Positions 40,856 to 51,288 of a stretch of DNA of 64,000 bases are shown here, piece after piece; the first letter of the stretch is position 1, and every line of letters starts with the position of its first letter. The DNA is taken from the NCBI GenBank assembly GCA_965649295.1, contig CBFGKH010000002.1:1-64000 (forward strand), read 5' to 3'. The notes below the pieces were generated by a model that saw nothing but the letters and a program-made list of their open reading frames with translations, did no database searches and had not been told where the DNA came from. This stretch comes from a candidate division WOR-3 bacterium. GTDB lineage: Bacteria > Hydrothermota > Tepidihabitantia > Tepidihabitantales > Tepidihabitantaceae. The translations under genes were made by a program, and so were the position numbers.

Positions 40856-41355
40856 ACGTTCCGGAGAATGAGTCAGCTGTTCCGCCATCTCCTCTGCCGG
40901 TTGACCAGCAGGAACTTGTCCGGCTGACGGTTGAGAAGATTGTCAACCTGATGGGCTTGCGCTGTCGGGTTGAGATTACCTACGAGCGCGACGGCTATGT
41001 TGCCGAGGTGGTCGCCAAGCGGCCGGCAACGTTTCTTGTCGGCCGGCGCGGCGAGATACTCGACGCGATTGGGCTATTGGCGCATCAGATTGCCAGCCGT
41101 CAGTATCCCCAGTGTCCGCCGGTAACGGTTGATGCCGATGGATTCCGGCGCCGGCACCAGCAGCAACTGCGCGGCAAGGCCCAGGCGATTGCCACGATTG
41201 TGCAGAACACGGGCCGCGAGATGGCAGTTGACTTTCTCACCGAGGAAGAGTTCCGGATAGTGAAGGAAGAGCTGCGCTCTAATCGAGCGGTCCGAGTGCA
41301 TGCGGTCGGCGACGGCGAGCGCCGTAATGTCATCATCTCGCCTGCGGCCCGCTGA
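40831..41355 (+). CDS. jag: Jag/KhpB-like RNA-binding protein (KH plus degenerate R3H)
   Basis: LVGRRGEILDA KH motif; C-terminal GDGERRNVII; located between yidC and mnmE. Confidence 0.8.
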   Translation: MAQADESVNVPENESAVPPSPLPVDQQELVRLTVEKIVNLMGLRCRVEITYERDGYVAEVVAKRPATFLVGRRGEILDAIGLLAHQIASRQYPQCPPVTVDADGFRRRHQQQLRGKAQAIATIVQNTGREMAVDFLTEEEFRIVKEELRSNRAVRVHAVGDGERRNVIISPAAR

Positions 41356-41359
41356 CCGG

Positions 41360-42673
41360 GTGCGGCCGACAGTGGCGGCGCTGGCGACGCCGCCCGGCCA
41401 GAGTGCGCTGGCGGTCATCCGGGTAAGCGGCCCGGACGCACTGCCGATTGTTGACCGGCTGGTGCCCGGCTGCCGAATCCGCACCCAGCCGTCACATACG
41501 GTCAGGCTTGGCTGGTGCCGGGACAGTGCCGGCAAGCCGATTGACCAGGTGCTGGTGACGGTCTTTCGCTCTCCCCGTTCATATACCGGTGAGGATATGG
41601 CCGAGATATCCTGCCACGGTGGCTTGGCCGCGCCGGCCGCAGTTCTCGACCGGCTGTTCGAGCTTGGCTGTCAGTCGGCCGAGCCCGGTGAGTTCACCCG
41701 GCGGGCAGTGCTGGCGGGCAAGCTGACCGTGGCCCAGGCCGAGGCAGTTCTCGAGATAATCAATGCTCAGTCACCGGCCGCGCTGCGGGCGGCGACCAAA
41801 CGTTACCAGGGTCAGTTGGCAGAGTTTGTGGCTCAAACCGGGGCCGAGCTGAGCCAGGTGCTGGTTGAGCTTGAGTACAGCCTGCTCGACGATGGCCCGC
41901 TACCACCGCTCAATCGCCGGCTAGGCAGACTGGCAGCCGGAATTGAGCGCGAGCTAGCCTTGGCCAGTCAGAATCGCTTTCTCTACGAAGGAGCGAAGGT
42001 GGCGATTGTCGGTCGGCCTAATGTCGGCAAGTCGAGTCTCTTTAATCGGCTGCTGGGTACGGCTCGAACCATTGAGAATCGGTTGCCGCACACCACCCGC
42101 GACGCGGTCAGTGCCGATGTGATGATTGGGGATATCAGGGTGCGGCTGACCGATACTGCCGGTCTTTCGGCGCGACCGGTGCCGGCGCTGACGCTGCAGG
42201 CACAGGCAAAAACCCGGCAGGCGATTGCCGAGGCTGACCTGGTGCTGGTTGTGCTTGACCGTTCACTGCCAAGCCAGCGGGCCGACCGGTTGGTGCTGGC
42301 CGAGACAGCCACCCGGCCACGAATAGTTGTGCTCAACAAGGCAGATCGGCCAGACCGACTTGGGCCGGCAGCCGGGCTGCGGCCGCGAGTGGCGGTATCG
42401 TGTCGAACCGGAGCCGGGCTTACTGGCCTGCGGCGGCTGCTGGCCAAGCGGCTTGCTCCGGGTGCCGGAATCGGGCTGGTTGCCGGAGAACGTCAGCTGG
42501 CGGTCCTGCGGGACTGCCTGGCAGCGGTAGAGCGCAGTCGGACAGCGCCCAATGCCGAGATTGCGGCACTTGAAATCCGGCAGGCCCTTGATATGCTGGC
42601 TCAGCTTGACATTCGTTTTCCAACCCAGGCGATTCTCGACCAGGTTTTTGCCCGGTTCTGTGTCGGCAAGTGA
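41360..42673 (+). CDS. mnmE: tRNA modification GTPase MnmE
   Basis: ALATPPG..ALAVIRVSG, SYTGED.AEISCHG, GEFTRRA, GRPNVGKS, FCVGK; start moved to GTG 41360. Confidence 0.95.
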   Translation: MRPTVAALATPPGQSALAVIRVSGPDALPIVDRLVPGCRIRTQPSHTVRLGWCRDSAGKPIDQVLVTVFRSPRSYTGEDMAEISCHGGLAAPAAVLDRLFELGCQSAEPGEFTRRAVLAGKLTVAQAEAVLEIINAQSPAALRAATKRYQGQLAEFVAQTGAELSQVLVELEYSLLDDGPLPPLNRRLGRLAAGIERELALASQNRFLYEGAKVAIVGRPNVGKSSLFNRLLGTARTIENRLPHTTRDAVSADVMIGDIRVRLTDTAGLSARPVPALTLQAQAKTRQAIAEADLVLVVLDRSLPSQRADRLVLAETATRPRIVVLNKADRPDRLGPAAGLRPRVAVSCRTGAGLTGLRRLLAKRLAPGAGIGLVAGERQLAVLRDCLAAVERSRTAPNAEIAALEIRQALDMLAQLDIRFPTQAILDQVFARFCVGK

Positions 42674-42760
42674 TGCGGTTCGTCAGCCTGATTGCGCTAG
42701 TGGTGTCGGCCGGTCCGGCACCGAGGGCCGAGCAAGCGGGCGCGCCGCTTTCCTGGGCCG

Positions 42761-43138
42761 ATGATGATTGAACGGATTTTGCTGCTGGTGACCGATACAC
42801 CAGCAATGGCCGCAACAGCAGCGTGGACACTGGCACTGGCGCGGGACCTTTCCGCCCGGCTCTTTGCAATTGCCCTGCTTGGCCCGGCTGACTTGCCGGC
42901 TGACGAGGAGCGGGCCTGGAAGCTGCTCTACGAGATTGAGGACGATGCTTTCGAGCAAAACGTGAAGGTGTCGCTGCTGCTTGAAGCAGGGGCGCCGCTC
43001 GACCGGCTGCCGACGCTGGCAGCCAACTACGAGGTCGGTCTGGTAGTCGCCAGCGCCGACTGCCAGCTTGACCCGGCCGAGCTGGTGCGCCGCAGCCCGC
43101 GGCCGGTGGTCATCTATAACAAGCAACCGGAGGTATGA
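42761..43138 (+). CDS. Universal stress protein-like
   Basis: ERILLLVTD..A..LA N-terminus; LVRRSPRPVVI C-terminus. Confidence 0.7.
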   Translation: MMIERILLLVTDTPAMAATAAWTLALARDLSARLFAIALLGPADLPADEERAWKLLYEIEDDAFEQNVKVSLLLEAGAPLDRLPTLAANYEVGLVVASADCQLDPAELVRRSPRPVVIYNKQPEV

Positions 43139-43620
43139 TGGCGAAGCTATCTGCGCCGCCCCAAGTTGGCCAACTGTCGGCATTGCTCCCCCGTGCGGCG
43201 ATTCTGCTCAACATGCAGGCCACGGAGAAGTTCGCGGCCATCCGCGAGCTGGTCCAGCCACTGGTCGCGGCCGGGGTCATCACCGACGAGGCTGAGTTTA
43301 TCGCGGCGATTGTTCGGCGCGAGAACATGGAGTCAACCGGTATCGGGCTGGGAGTGGCAATCCCCCACGCCCGTACCCGCGCCACGAATTCGATTGTGCT
43401 GGCATTCGGTCGTGCTGACCACGGCATTGATTTTGCCAGCCTTGACGGCAAACCCTCGCATCTCATCTTTCTGATTGCCGCGCCCGAGGAGCAGAAGACC
43501 GAATACATCATGACGCTGGCCCGACTTTCCCGGCTGTTGCGCAAAGACGAGGTGCGCATCGGCCTGAACCGGGCCACGAATGCCGACGAGGTGCTGGCCG
43601 TTATCCGACAGTATGAGTAG
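43135..43620 (+). CDS. PTS EIIA component (Ntr/fructose type)
   Basis: RE..ESTGIG.GVAIPHAR, IDFASLDGKP.HLIFLIAAP. Confidence 0.92.
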   Translation: MMAKLSAPPQVGQLSALLPRAAILLNMQATEKFAAIRELVQPLVAAGVITDEAEFIAAIVRRENMESTGIGLGVAIPHARTRATNSIVLAFGRADHGIDFASLDGKPSHLIFLIAAPEEQKTEYIMTLARLSRLLRKDEVRIGLNRATNADEVLAVIRQYE

Positions 43621-44167
43621 TGAAGCCGCGGTCAGCCGACCGCTAGGGAAGCTAGTGGTCACTCTCCGCCAGGGTGACATCACCGACGAGACGGTAGATG
43701 CAATCGTCAATGCGGCCAATACCCGTTTCTGGATGGGCAGCGGCGTTGCCGGCGCTATCAAGCGCCGGGGCGGGGTGGAGATTGAGACCGAGGCAATGAA
43801 TCATGGCCCGGCCGAGCCGGGTGCGGCCGTGGCAACGACCGCCGGGCGACTGGCGGCACGTTACTGCATCCACGCCGCAGTGATGGGCGATGACCTTGTC
43901 ACCTGCGGCGACTTCATCCGCCGGGCCACCCGCAACGCTTTGGAATTGGCCGAGAAGCTGGGGGTAAGAAGCATTGCGCTGCCAGCACTGGGCACCGGCG
44001 TCGGTTGTTTTCCTGCGGCTGATTGCGCGCGGCTGATGCTTGATACCGTGGTCGAGTTCAGTCGGGGTCACGAGCAGCCGGCCGATATTCGGTTTGTCCT
44101 GTTTGACGAGCCGACATTCACCGCGTTCGCGAAAGAACTAGCCGCCCGCAGCCAGAATCATTCCTAG
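43613..44167 (+). CDS. Macro domain protein (ADP-ribose binding/hydrolase)
   Basis: GDIT..VDAIVNAAN, GSGVAGAI, SIALPALGTGVG; start moved to ATG 43613. Confidence 0.92.
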   Translation: MSSEAAVSRPLGKLVVTLRQGDITDETVDAIVNAANTRFWMGSGVAGAIKRRGGVEIETEAMNHGPAEPGAAVATTAGRLAARYCIHAAVMGDDLVTCGDFIRRATRNALELAEKLGVRSIALPALGTGVGCFPAADCARLMLDTVVEFSRGHEQPADIRFVLFDEPTFTAFAKELAARSQNHS

Positions 44168-44190
44168 CCAGTTCTGCCCGTTTCTTGCCA

Positions 44191-45948
44191 ATGGCTGAGC
44201 TTAGCTACCTACTGCCCCGGTCGCGGCAAGTGATTGCCGACCGGCTGGCCGAGCTCGGGTTGCCGATTGCTGCGACCGAGGTTCGTGATGCCGAGGCCGG
44301 GATTGATGCCGACCTGGCACTACCGCTCTTTCGGTCGGCCAAGCTTCTGGGCCGCAATCCGCACGAGCTGGCCACCGAACTGGCCGAGAGGTTTGACCGC
44401 AGTGGTACCGACTTTGCGGTGGTTACTCCGCTGCGGGGTTATCTCAACTTCCGGTTTGCGCCGGCGCGACTGGCAGCCGGTGTGCTGGCTGACTACAGCC
44501 GCAACCCGGCCGGCTACGGTAGTTCCGAACTGGGCCGCGGGCAGCGGGTGGTGATAGACTACTCTTCGCCCAACATCGCCAAGCCGTTTGCGGTCGGCCA
44601 TCTCCGTTCAACAATCATCGGCCAGGCGCTGAAGAATATTCTCGAATGCCTTGGCTATCAGGTGATTGGCGACAACCACCTCGGCGACTGGGGCACCCAG
44701 TTTGGCAAGCTGCTCTGCGCGTTCGACCGCTGGGGCGACGAGGCCGAGCTGGCGGCTAACCCGACAGCCACCTTGCTCGCACTCTATGTTCGGTTTCACG
44801 AAGCGGCCAAGACCGAACCGGCTCTGGAGGCAGCGGCCCGCGACTGGTTTCGGCGGTTGGAGACCGGTGACCCGGTTGCCCGCAGCCGCTGGGAAAGATT
44901 TGTCGCTCTCAGTCGAGCCGAGTTCAACCGCATCTACGAGCTGCTCGGGGTACGGTTCGACACGGTGCTCGGCGAGAGTTTCTATGCGGATCGGCTCGAA
45001 CCGCTGGTGCAGCAGGCGCTGGCCCGGGGCATTGCCCGGCGCGAGAAACCGCCGGCCGCCGCCACCGGTTCGGACGAAGAGATCCGCCCCGATGAGACGG
45101 TTGTCGTCATGCCGCTCGACGCGGCCGGTATTGATGTGCCGCTCGTTCTCCAGAAGTCGGATGGCACCAGTCTCTACGCGACCCGCGAACTCGCGACGGC
45201 TGAATACCGCATCGCAACCTGGCAGCCGCAAAAGATACTCTATGTTGTCGGCAACGAGCAGCAGTTCTACTTCCGGCAGTTCGCGGCCGCGATGCGGTTG
45301 CTCGGCCACGAGACCCCCTGCATCCACGTCGGCTTTGGACTGGTGCGGCTGCCGAGCGGCCGCATGTCCACCCGGGCGGGTCGGGTCATTCTGCTCGAAG
45401 AGGTCATCCGGGAGGCAATCCGCCGCGCTGGAGCGATTCTTGCCGACCGCGACCTGCCGGCAGCCGAAAAAGAGCAGATTGCCAGTCGGGTCGGCATCGG
45501 CGCCATCAAGTATGCCGACCTTTCGGTCTCCCGGCAAAAAGAGGTGGTGTTCGACTGGGACCGGATGCTTGCCCTCGACGGCGATTCCGCGCCCTATCTG
45601 CAGTATGCTTGGACGCGGACCCGCTCGATTCTGCGCAAGGCTGAGATCGAGCCATCGGCGCAGGCCGCGCTATTGTTGACCCTGCCTGAGGAGCAGACCT
45701 TGCTGCGCGAACTTGCCCGCTACCCAGAGACAATTGTCGCTGCGGCCGAGGCATATGAGCCGCACCGGATTGCCAATCGCATCTACCGCGTGGCGCGCGA
45801 GTTTTCGGTCTTCTATGACCGGGTACCGGTGCTTCGGGCCGAACCCAGGGAGTTGGCAGCAGCGAGATTGAAGCTCGTCGAGATGACCGGAGCGGTAATA
45901 GGTCACGGCCTCGGGCTGCTCGGTATCGAGACCGTTGACCGAATGTAG
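44191..45948 (+). CDS. argS: Arginine--tRNA ligase
   Basis: DYSSPNIAKP..VGHLRSTIIG, NHLGDWGTQFG, KSDG..LY.TR, MSTR.G, PYLQYA. Confidence 0.97.
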   Translation: MAELSYLLPRSRQVIADRLAELGLPIAATEVRDAEAGIDADLALPLFRSAKLLGRNPHELATELAERFDRSGTDFAVVTPLRGYLNFRFAPARLAAGVLADYSRNPAGYGSSELGRGQRVVIDYSSPNIAKPFAVGHLRSTIIGQALKNILECLGYQVIGDNHLGDWGTQFGKLLCAFDRWGDEAELAANPTATLLALYVRFHEAAKTEPALEAAARDWFRRLETGDPVARSRWERFVALSRAEFNRIYELLGVRFDTVLGESFYADRLEPLVQQALARGIARREKPPAAATGSDEEIRPDETVVVMPLDAAGIDVPLVLQKSDGTSLYATRELATAEYRIATWQPQKILYVVGNEQQFYFRQFAAAMRLLGHETPCIHVGFGLVRLPSGRMSTRAGRVILLEEVIREAIRRAGAILADRDLPAAEKEQIASRVGIGAIKYADLSVSRQKEVVFDWDRMLALDGDSAPYLQYAWTRTRSILRKAEIEPSAQAALLLTLPEEQTLLRELARYPETIVAAAEAYEPHRIANRIYRVAREFSVFYDRVPVLRAEPRELAAARLKLVEMTGAVIGHGLGLLGIETVDRM

Positions 45949-45959
45949 GAATAAACAGA

Positions 45960-45999
45960 CTGGTGGGACGGCAAGGGGGAAGCCGCCCCACCAGCTTTT
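45960..45999 (+). terminator. Intrinsic terminator between convergent genes
   Basis: CTGGTGGGACGGC...GCCGCCCCACCAG followed by CTTTT. Confidence 0.65.
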
Positions 46000-46009
46000 G
46001 CCCGCACCC

Positions 46010-47824
46010 CTAACGAACGAGTACTAGTCGGTCGCGCCGCAACCGGCTGTTGCCCTGCTCGATGACGACAAAGTAGGTGCCGTCGGAAAGTTCAGCCAAG
46101 TCAATTGTCCGCTCAAACCAGCCGGGGCCGGAAGTGAGAGGAGATATTCGGCGGCAGTTGCCGACGGCGTCGTAGATGCGGCAGTGAACCGGCCCGGCAC
46201 TGGCAATCTGGCCACGTATCTGTAGCCCGGTTCCGGTCAAGGGATTGGGTCCGAGCGCAATACTGGTTCGGCTGGGCACTGGGCCAGTTGCCATTACGCC
46301 ACTGCGCTGGACTGGGCCAGGGCGGACGACCTCGTTGGCCGGCAGGTAACGCCAGACTTCCACCGACTTGTTGCCCTTGATGGCCAGGAACGTGCCGTCG
46401 CCGAGACAGGTGATGTCGGCTCCGTCCTTCACCCTGACCAACCGGCTGCCATTGCCGGCTGGAGGGATTGTCTCAAGCTCGGTCCAGTTGTCAGATTCCG
46501 GGTCGTAGCGCCAGAACTGCAGAGTGTTGCCGCCTTTGAAGGCGTAGATGGCACCGTTGTACCAGGTGGCGGTACCACCATCCTTCAGGACGGTGTTACG
46601 GCCGGTGTTGTTATTGAACGTCGGCATTGGCGTAAGCGGACGGCTGTACCATGTCTCGCCGACAACATCGAACCGGCGGAACTGATGGTATTTGCCCTGA
46701 TGGGCATAGATTGTTCCGCTGCCGTCATAGCAGAGCCACGAGCCTTTGTCCCATTTCGGACTCTGTCCCGGGGGCAGGCTGGGCAGCGAATCCCAAGAGC
46801 CGGTCTGGGTATTGTAACGCCAGAACTCGTTGCTGCCACCGCCTTTGGTGACATAGACATAGCCGGTGTCGTTCTTCGTTGCAAAGACGGCGTCGGCACC
46901 AGCCTTCAGCTTCTTCTTCCGGGGCCCGGCCGGCACATCGGCCAACCGCTGCCAGGAGTCGGTATAGGCGTTGTAACGCCAAAAAGCGCAGCAGGAACCC
47001 TTAGTGACGTAGATCTGGCCACCGCCGTCACCAGTCGCGGTGGCGCCGGCAACCGGCAATCTCCGTTCCGGTCCGGCGGGAATGGTCTCTCGGTTCTGCC
47101 AGCCATCAGTTATTGGGTCATAGGCGTAGAAGTCCCGGGTCTTGTTGCCTTTTGCAGCAAAGACGCGGCCAACCCCGGGCAGCCAGACAAGCCAGCCACC
47201 GGCCTTGATTGCCTTGCTCGAAGGCAGGGCCGGCATCGAGGAGACCGGCTGCCAGCCACTCGGACGGGGCCGGGAAGCGACTTTGATTGTATGCATCTGG
47301 CGATTGTTTGTCGGGTCGTCATCGCGGGCCAGCCCAACCGAGCAACGGACGACATAGAAACCGCTGCGCGCAAAGTGGAGCGTGTCAAATGTCTTCATCA
47401 GAATCTCACCAGACCCGAGGGTAACCAGAATCGAATCGCGATAGACCGGTTCACCGTTCGTGTGGTCAATCATGAGCCAGGCCGGGAAAGTGGCAGGGTA
47501 GTCACCAAGATTGGCAAGCCGCGCCGACGGGGTGACGAGCAGCACGGTATCTACTGTTCCGACCGGGGCGGTAATCTCGACCACGGCCGCATCACGAAAG
47601 GCCCGGAACGGTCGGGGATGCCAGTAACCAATCCAGCCATTGGTTCCTTCCCGATCTTGGGACCGGCCGATAGTCAATTGGCCAAAACTGCCCCGGGAAA
47701 TCAGCGTGCCTTCAATATCAGTTGCCTTGCGGCCGCCGGCGTCAATCACCCACTCGGTCAGCCGATAGGATGGCTGAGCCAGGGCGACGGCCGCGGCCAG
47801 CACGAGAATCAGTAGGCGATGCAT
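46010..47824 (-). CDS. Secreted Kelch-repeat beta-propeller protein with Ig/CARDB-like domain and T9SS-type C-terminal domain (fibre partner)
   Basis: Signal peptide; VIDAGG..GQ..G..IGYW; repeated IY..KG...FWRY......W..L..P; PNP..IYDAVG..GTYFV. Confidence 0.8.
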   Translation of the reverse strand: MHRLLILVLAAAVALAQPSYRLTEWVIDAGGRKATDIEGTLISRGSFGQLTIGRSQDREGTNGWIGYWHPRPFRAFRDAAVVEITAPVGTVDTVLLVTPSARLANLGDYPATFPAWLMIDHTNGEPVYRDSILVTLGSGEILMKTFDTLHFARSGFYVVRCSVGLARDDDPTNNRQMHTIKVASRPRPSGWQPVSSMPALPSSKAIKAGGWLVWLPGVGRVFAAKGNKTRDFYAYDPITDGWQNRETIPAGPERRLPVAGATATGDGGGQIYVTKGSCCAFWRYNAYTDSWQRLADVPAGPRKKKLKAGADAVFATKNDTGYVYVTKGGGSNEFWRYNTQTGSWDSLPSLPPGQSPKWDKGSWLCYDGSGTIYAHQGKYHQFRRFDVVGETWYSRPLTPMPTFNNNTGRNTVLKDGGTATWYNGAIYAFKGGNTLQFWRYDPESDNWTELETIPPAGNGSRLVRVKDGADITCLGDGTFLAIKGNKSVEVWRYLPANEVVRPGPVQRSGVMATGPVPSRTSIALGPNPLTGTGLQIRGQIASAGPVHCRIYDAVGNCRRISPLTSGPGWFERTIDLAELSDGTYFVVIEQGNSRLRRDRLVLVR

Positions 47825-47845
47825 GGCGCCTCCTCGGTGCGGGCG

Positions 47846-49417
47846 CTAGCGCACCGGCACTGGCGGAAGCACGCCGGACCGTAGCGGAGTGGCGACACCG
47901 GGGAGTGCTGCTGGCGCTAGCGGGAAACGGATTCCGGCTTCACCGCGACGGGCTCCAACCACCCGGTAGGTAAAGGCTGCATTCGACTTGCCGCCGCCAA
48001 TCTCATAGGCGTCGAAACCAGTGGCGTCGCTCTTGACATAGATGCCTTTGCAGTCGTCGTTCAGCGTGATGAAGACCCTTAGGGTCTGGTCCTGCTGCTG
48101 CTCGATGCAGTCGAGGAATACCGGGTCAAGATTGACCCGGCAGTGGCCGTTCTGGAGCCGGGCAGTGCCGTAGTCTTCAAACAGTGGCTCGGGCGACTCT
48201 GGCGCGAAGAGAATCCGGTTGCCGTCGCCGGTTGGCATTACGGTGCTGACATTGCCATTGCCAAGGACTTTGAATTTCTGGGCGCCGTGATTGTAGGCAA
48301 CATAGGCCCAGGCAGTATCGCCACCCGGAGCAGCGAACGTCCGGAAGAAACCACCGCAGCGGTCCCCAGTCAGATTCCGCGCTAGGCCATAGACGCCAAC
48401 CGTCGTGCCGTTGAAAGCACCACCAGAACCCTGGAGCAAGGTATAGACTGTATCGCTGATCCGATTGCCCATGGTGGCTATGCCAGTCCCGGTTGTGTCG
48501 TGGGCATAGGCGAACAGCCCGATGTGCCGAGCCGTGAAGGCACCGCCCGAGCCGCCTTCGAGGTAGAAGGTCGTGTCGTTGCAGCCGGCACCGGCAACAG
48601 CGGTGCCGGCAGCGTGGCTGTTGTGGCCCCAGACCGCAAAGGCATTGTTTGTCTTGCCCTGAGCATAGGTTGCAGTTCCCGCATCGCTCGTCGCATAGAC
48701 ACCGATGCCATTCTTGCTCCCTCCGTAGACGCCGATGCATGTTCCTTGCACGTCACCGACAATGGCCGGTTGATTGGTGAGCCCGTTGGCGGAGGCGACC
48801 AGTTGCTGGTCGGCCCGACCGCTGCCCTCAATCCAGAAGTTGGTCGCTGGCTGCGGAGTGGTGCTGTTCCAGACGAAGCCGGTTGCGTGCCGGTCATCGA
48901 GCTTGTCTGAGTTGTCCGCGTAGCCAGCCAGTTCAGCCCGGTAGGCACGATCGCCGTATTGGGCGTGGAGAGCGAAGGGCATGGTTGCCATCTCGGTGCG
49001 CGGTTCGAGCATCCGGCCATTGACGTTGAGGCCGATCCAGCGCCGCTGCCCGGTTAAGAAGACCAGTGTGTCGGCTGGATTGAGACCTATTTTGACATTG
49101 AATACTCCCTGTTCGACTGGTACCGCCGGCAGGCTGCGGGAGAGCAATGGACTGCCGCCGATGCTGTCGGAGTAGATGGTGATTGTCATTGGGACGGTGG
49201 CGGTTAGCGGCTCACCGTCGGCATCGGTCAGGTATCCTTGGTAGTTGAAGTAGAGCGGTACATCGTCGACACCAGCTCCACGGTCGGCCAGGCTAGACCG
49301 TTCGAGTCCCAGGGCCCCGGCGACTAGCGCCGCGACGAGCAGCAGGACTTTGCCTGGCTTTAGTCCTTCCGCAGCTACAAAGCCACGGAGATGGTTCCCC
49401 ATCGTTAGTGCGAGCAT
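47846..49417 (-). CDS. Secreted fibre/adhesin-like protein
   Basis: [15 protein letters not shown]-domain; G[VI]YG/GVYA repeats; C-terminal [14 protein letters not shown]...V.LDP.F domain; AGGAGG RBS. Confidence 0.75.
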   Translation of the reverse strand: MLALTMGNHLRGFVAAEGLKPGKVLLLVAALVAGALGLERSSLADRGAGVDDVPLYFNYQGYLTDADGEPLTATVPMTITIYSDSIGGSPLLSRSLPAVPVEQGVFNVKIGLNPADTLVFLTGQRRWIGLNVNGRMLEPRTEMATMPFALHAQYGDRAYRAELAGYADNSDKLDDRHATGFVWNSTTPQPATNFWIEGSGRADQQLVASANGLTNQPAIVGDVQGTCIGVYGGSKNGIGVYATSDAGTATYAQGKTNNAFAVWGHNSHAAGTAVAGAGCNDTTFYLEGGSGGAFTARHIGLFAYAHDTTGTGIATMGNRISDTVYTLLQGSGGAFNGTTVGVYGLARNLTGDRCGGFFRTFAAPGGDTAWAYVAYNHGAQKFKVLGNGNVSTVMPTGDGNRILFAPESPEPLFEDYGTARLQNGHCRVNLDPVFLDCIEQQQDQTLRVFITLNDDCKGIYVKSDATGFDAYEIGGGKSNAAFTYRVVGARRGEAGIRFPLAPAALPGVATPLRSGVLPPVPVR

Positions 49418-49642
49418 CCTTCCTCCTATTGCAAGATTGCAACCAACACCGGCCGCGCCAAGACGCGACCGACAGTAACCCGGTTCAATTTTGCTTGGTC
49501 AGCTTCCCAAGCAACACCCCAAACAGAACAAATAATAATACCCGTTGTGCCAGCTCCGGTCAACAGTTGGACTACTGTCTGGGTGTTGACAATTGCATCG
49601 CCACCCTCTAGCATCGGCTGGCCCAATGCCCGGAGGAAACTG

Positions 49643-51196
49643 ATGTCGCATCTTGACCGGATCCGAGAGGAGCTGCGTCGGCGCAACGAAGCCGCACTGA
49701 AAGGTGGCGGTGAAGAGCGGATCGCCCAGCAGCATGCTGCGGGCAAGCTGACTGCCCGGGAGCGGCTCGACCTGCTGCTCGACAAGGGCACATTTGTTGA
49801 GCTCGACCGGCTGCGCGTGCATAACTGCACTGATTTCGGGATGGCGGATAAGCGCATTCCTGGTGACGCGGTTGTGACCGGCCACGGGCGCATCAATGGC
49901 CGGCCGGTGGCGGTCTTCGCGCAGGACTTCACTGTCTTTGGCGGCACCCTTTCCCGGGTGTTCGCCGAGAAGGTCTGTAAGGTGATGGACCTGGCGCTGC
50001 GCGTCGGGATGCCGATTATCGGTCTCAATGACTCGGGCGGGGCCCGGATTCAGGAGGGGGTGGATTCGCTCGGCGGCTACGCCGACATCTTTCTACGCAA
50101 TACCCTGGCCTCGGGCGTGGTGCCGCAGATATCGTGTATCATGGGCCCGTGTGCTGGCGGCGCGGTCTATTCGCCGGCGCTGACCGATTTCATACTGATG
50201 ACCGAACGGGCAAGCCACATGTTCATCACCGGGCCAGAGGTAATCAAGGCGGTTACGCGCGAGGAAGTGACCAAGGACCAGCTCGGTGGAGCCGACACCC
50301 ATAATTCAGTCTCGGGTGTTGCCCATTTCAAGGATATTGACGACCGCGATTTGCTCGAACGGGTGCGCAAGCTGCTCTCGTTTTTGCCCCAGAACAATAG
50401 GGAGCGGCCGCCCAGCGTGCCTTGCCGGGACCGCGCTGATCGTCCGGTCGAGGGGATTGCCGAACTATTGCCGGATGACCCGCGACGGCCCTATGATATG
50501 ACCGAGATAGTCCGACGGGTCGTGGATGGGGGCAAGTTCTTTCAGGTTCACCAGCACTGGGCCCAGAACATTCTGGTCGGGTTTGCCCATCTGAACGGCG
50601 AGGTGGTCGGCATTGTTGCCAATCAGCCGCGCCATCTTGCCGGCTGTCTTGATATCAATGCTTCGGTCAAGGCCGGCCGGTTTGTCCGGTTCTGCGATGC
50701 GTTCAATATCCCGCTGGTCACTTTTGTTGACGTACCCGGGTTTCTGCCCGGCACCCAGCAGGAGCTGGGCGGCATCATCCGGCACGGCGCAAAGCTGCTC
50801 TATGCGTTCTGTGAGGCGACAGTGCCGAAGATAACGGTTATCACTCGGCGCGCCTATGGCGGTGCCTATGACGTGATGTCGTCCAAGCATATCCGCGGTG
50901 ACTTGAACTTTGCCTGGCCGACTGCCGAGATTGCGGTGATGGGTTCAGAAGGTGCGGTGAACATTCTCTACCGGCGTGAGATTGCGGCGGCAGCAGACCC
51001 GGCAGCCCGGCGCCGGGAGCTGACCGAGGAGTATGAAGAACGGTTTAGCAATCCGTTCCGGGCTGCCGAGCTTGGTTATGTTGACGAGGTGATTGAGTTC
51101 GAGGACACCCGCCGCCGCATCATCAACGGCTTGGAACTGCTGCGCACGAAGCAGCAGACCAATCCGTGGAAGAAGCACGGGAACATACCGCTCTAG
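49643..51196 (+). CDS. Acyl-CoA carboxyltransferase (propionyl-CoA carboxylase beta / methylmalonyl-CoA decarboxylase alpha)
   Basis: [47 protein letters not shown]; start moved to ATG 49643 (GGAGG; TTGACA-17-TAGCAT). Confidence 0.95.
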   Translation: MSHLDRIREELRRRNEAALKGGGEERIAQQHAAGKLTARERLDLLLDKGTFVELDRLRVHNCTDFGMADKRIPGDAVVTGHGRINGRPVAVFAQDFTVFGGTLSRVFAEKVCKVMDLALRVGMPIIGLNDSGGARIQEGVDSLGGYADIFLRNTLASGVVPQISCIMGPCAGGAVYSPALTDFILMTERASHMFITGPEVIKAVTREEVTKDQLGGADTHNSVSGVAHFKDIDDRDLLERVRKLLSFLPQNNRERPPSVPCRDRADRPVEGIAELLPDDPRRPYDMTEIVRRVVDGGKFFQVHQHWAQNILVGFAHLNGEVVGIVANQPRHLAGCLDINASVKAGRFVRFCDAFNIPLVTFVDVPGFLPGTQQELGGIIRHGAKLLYAFCEATVPKITVITRRAYGGAYDVMSSKHIRGDLNFAWPTAEIAVMGSEGAVNILYRREIAAAADPAARRRELTEEYEERFSNPFRAAELGYVDEVIEFEDTRRRIINGLELLRTKQQTNPWKKHGNIPL

Positions 51197-51202
51197 GAGT
51201 AA

Positions 51203-51244
51203 GTCAAGAGTCAAAAGCCAAGTGTCAAGAGCCAATGGTCAAGA
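51203..51244 (+). repeat. Heptamer tandem repeat, 6 copies
   Basis: GTCAAGA GTCAAAA GCCAAGT GTCAAGA GCCAATG GTCAAGA. Confidence 0.75.
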
Positions 51245-51288
51245 GGGAGATGGGAGGCCAGGGATGACACAGCGAAGCGTGGTCGGCG

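Noticed and set aside
44608..47815. Alternate-frame and antisense ORFs over argS and the Kelch gene
   Set aside because: Fully overlap well-supported genes and have non-natural composition
49430..49446. Second sigma-54 site upstream of the 47846-49417 fibre gene
   Set aside because: Only GG-N10-GC matches, and it would place the TSS within the RBS
51203..51244. CRISPR array
   Set aside because: 7-bp units without spacers; no cas genes in the window
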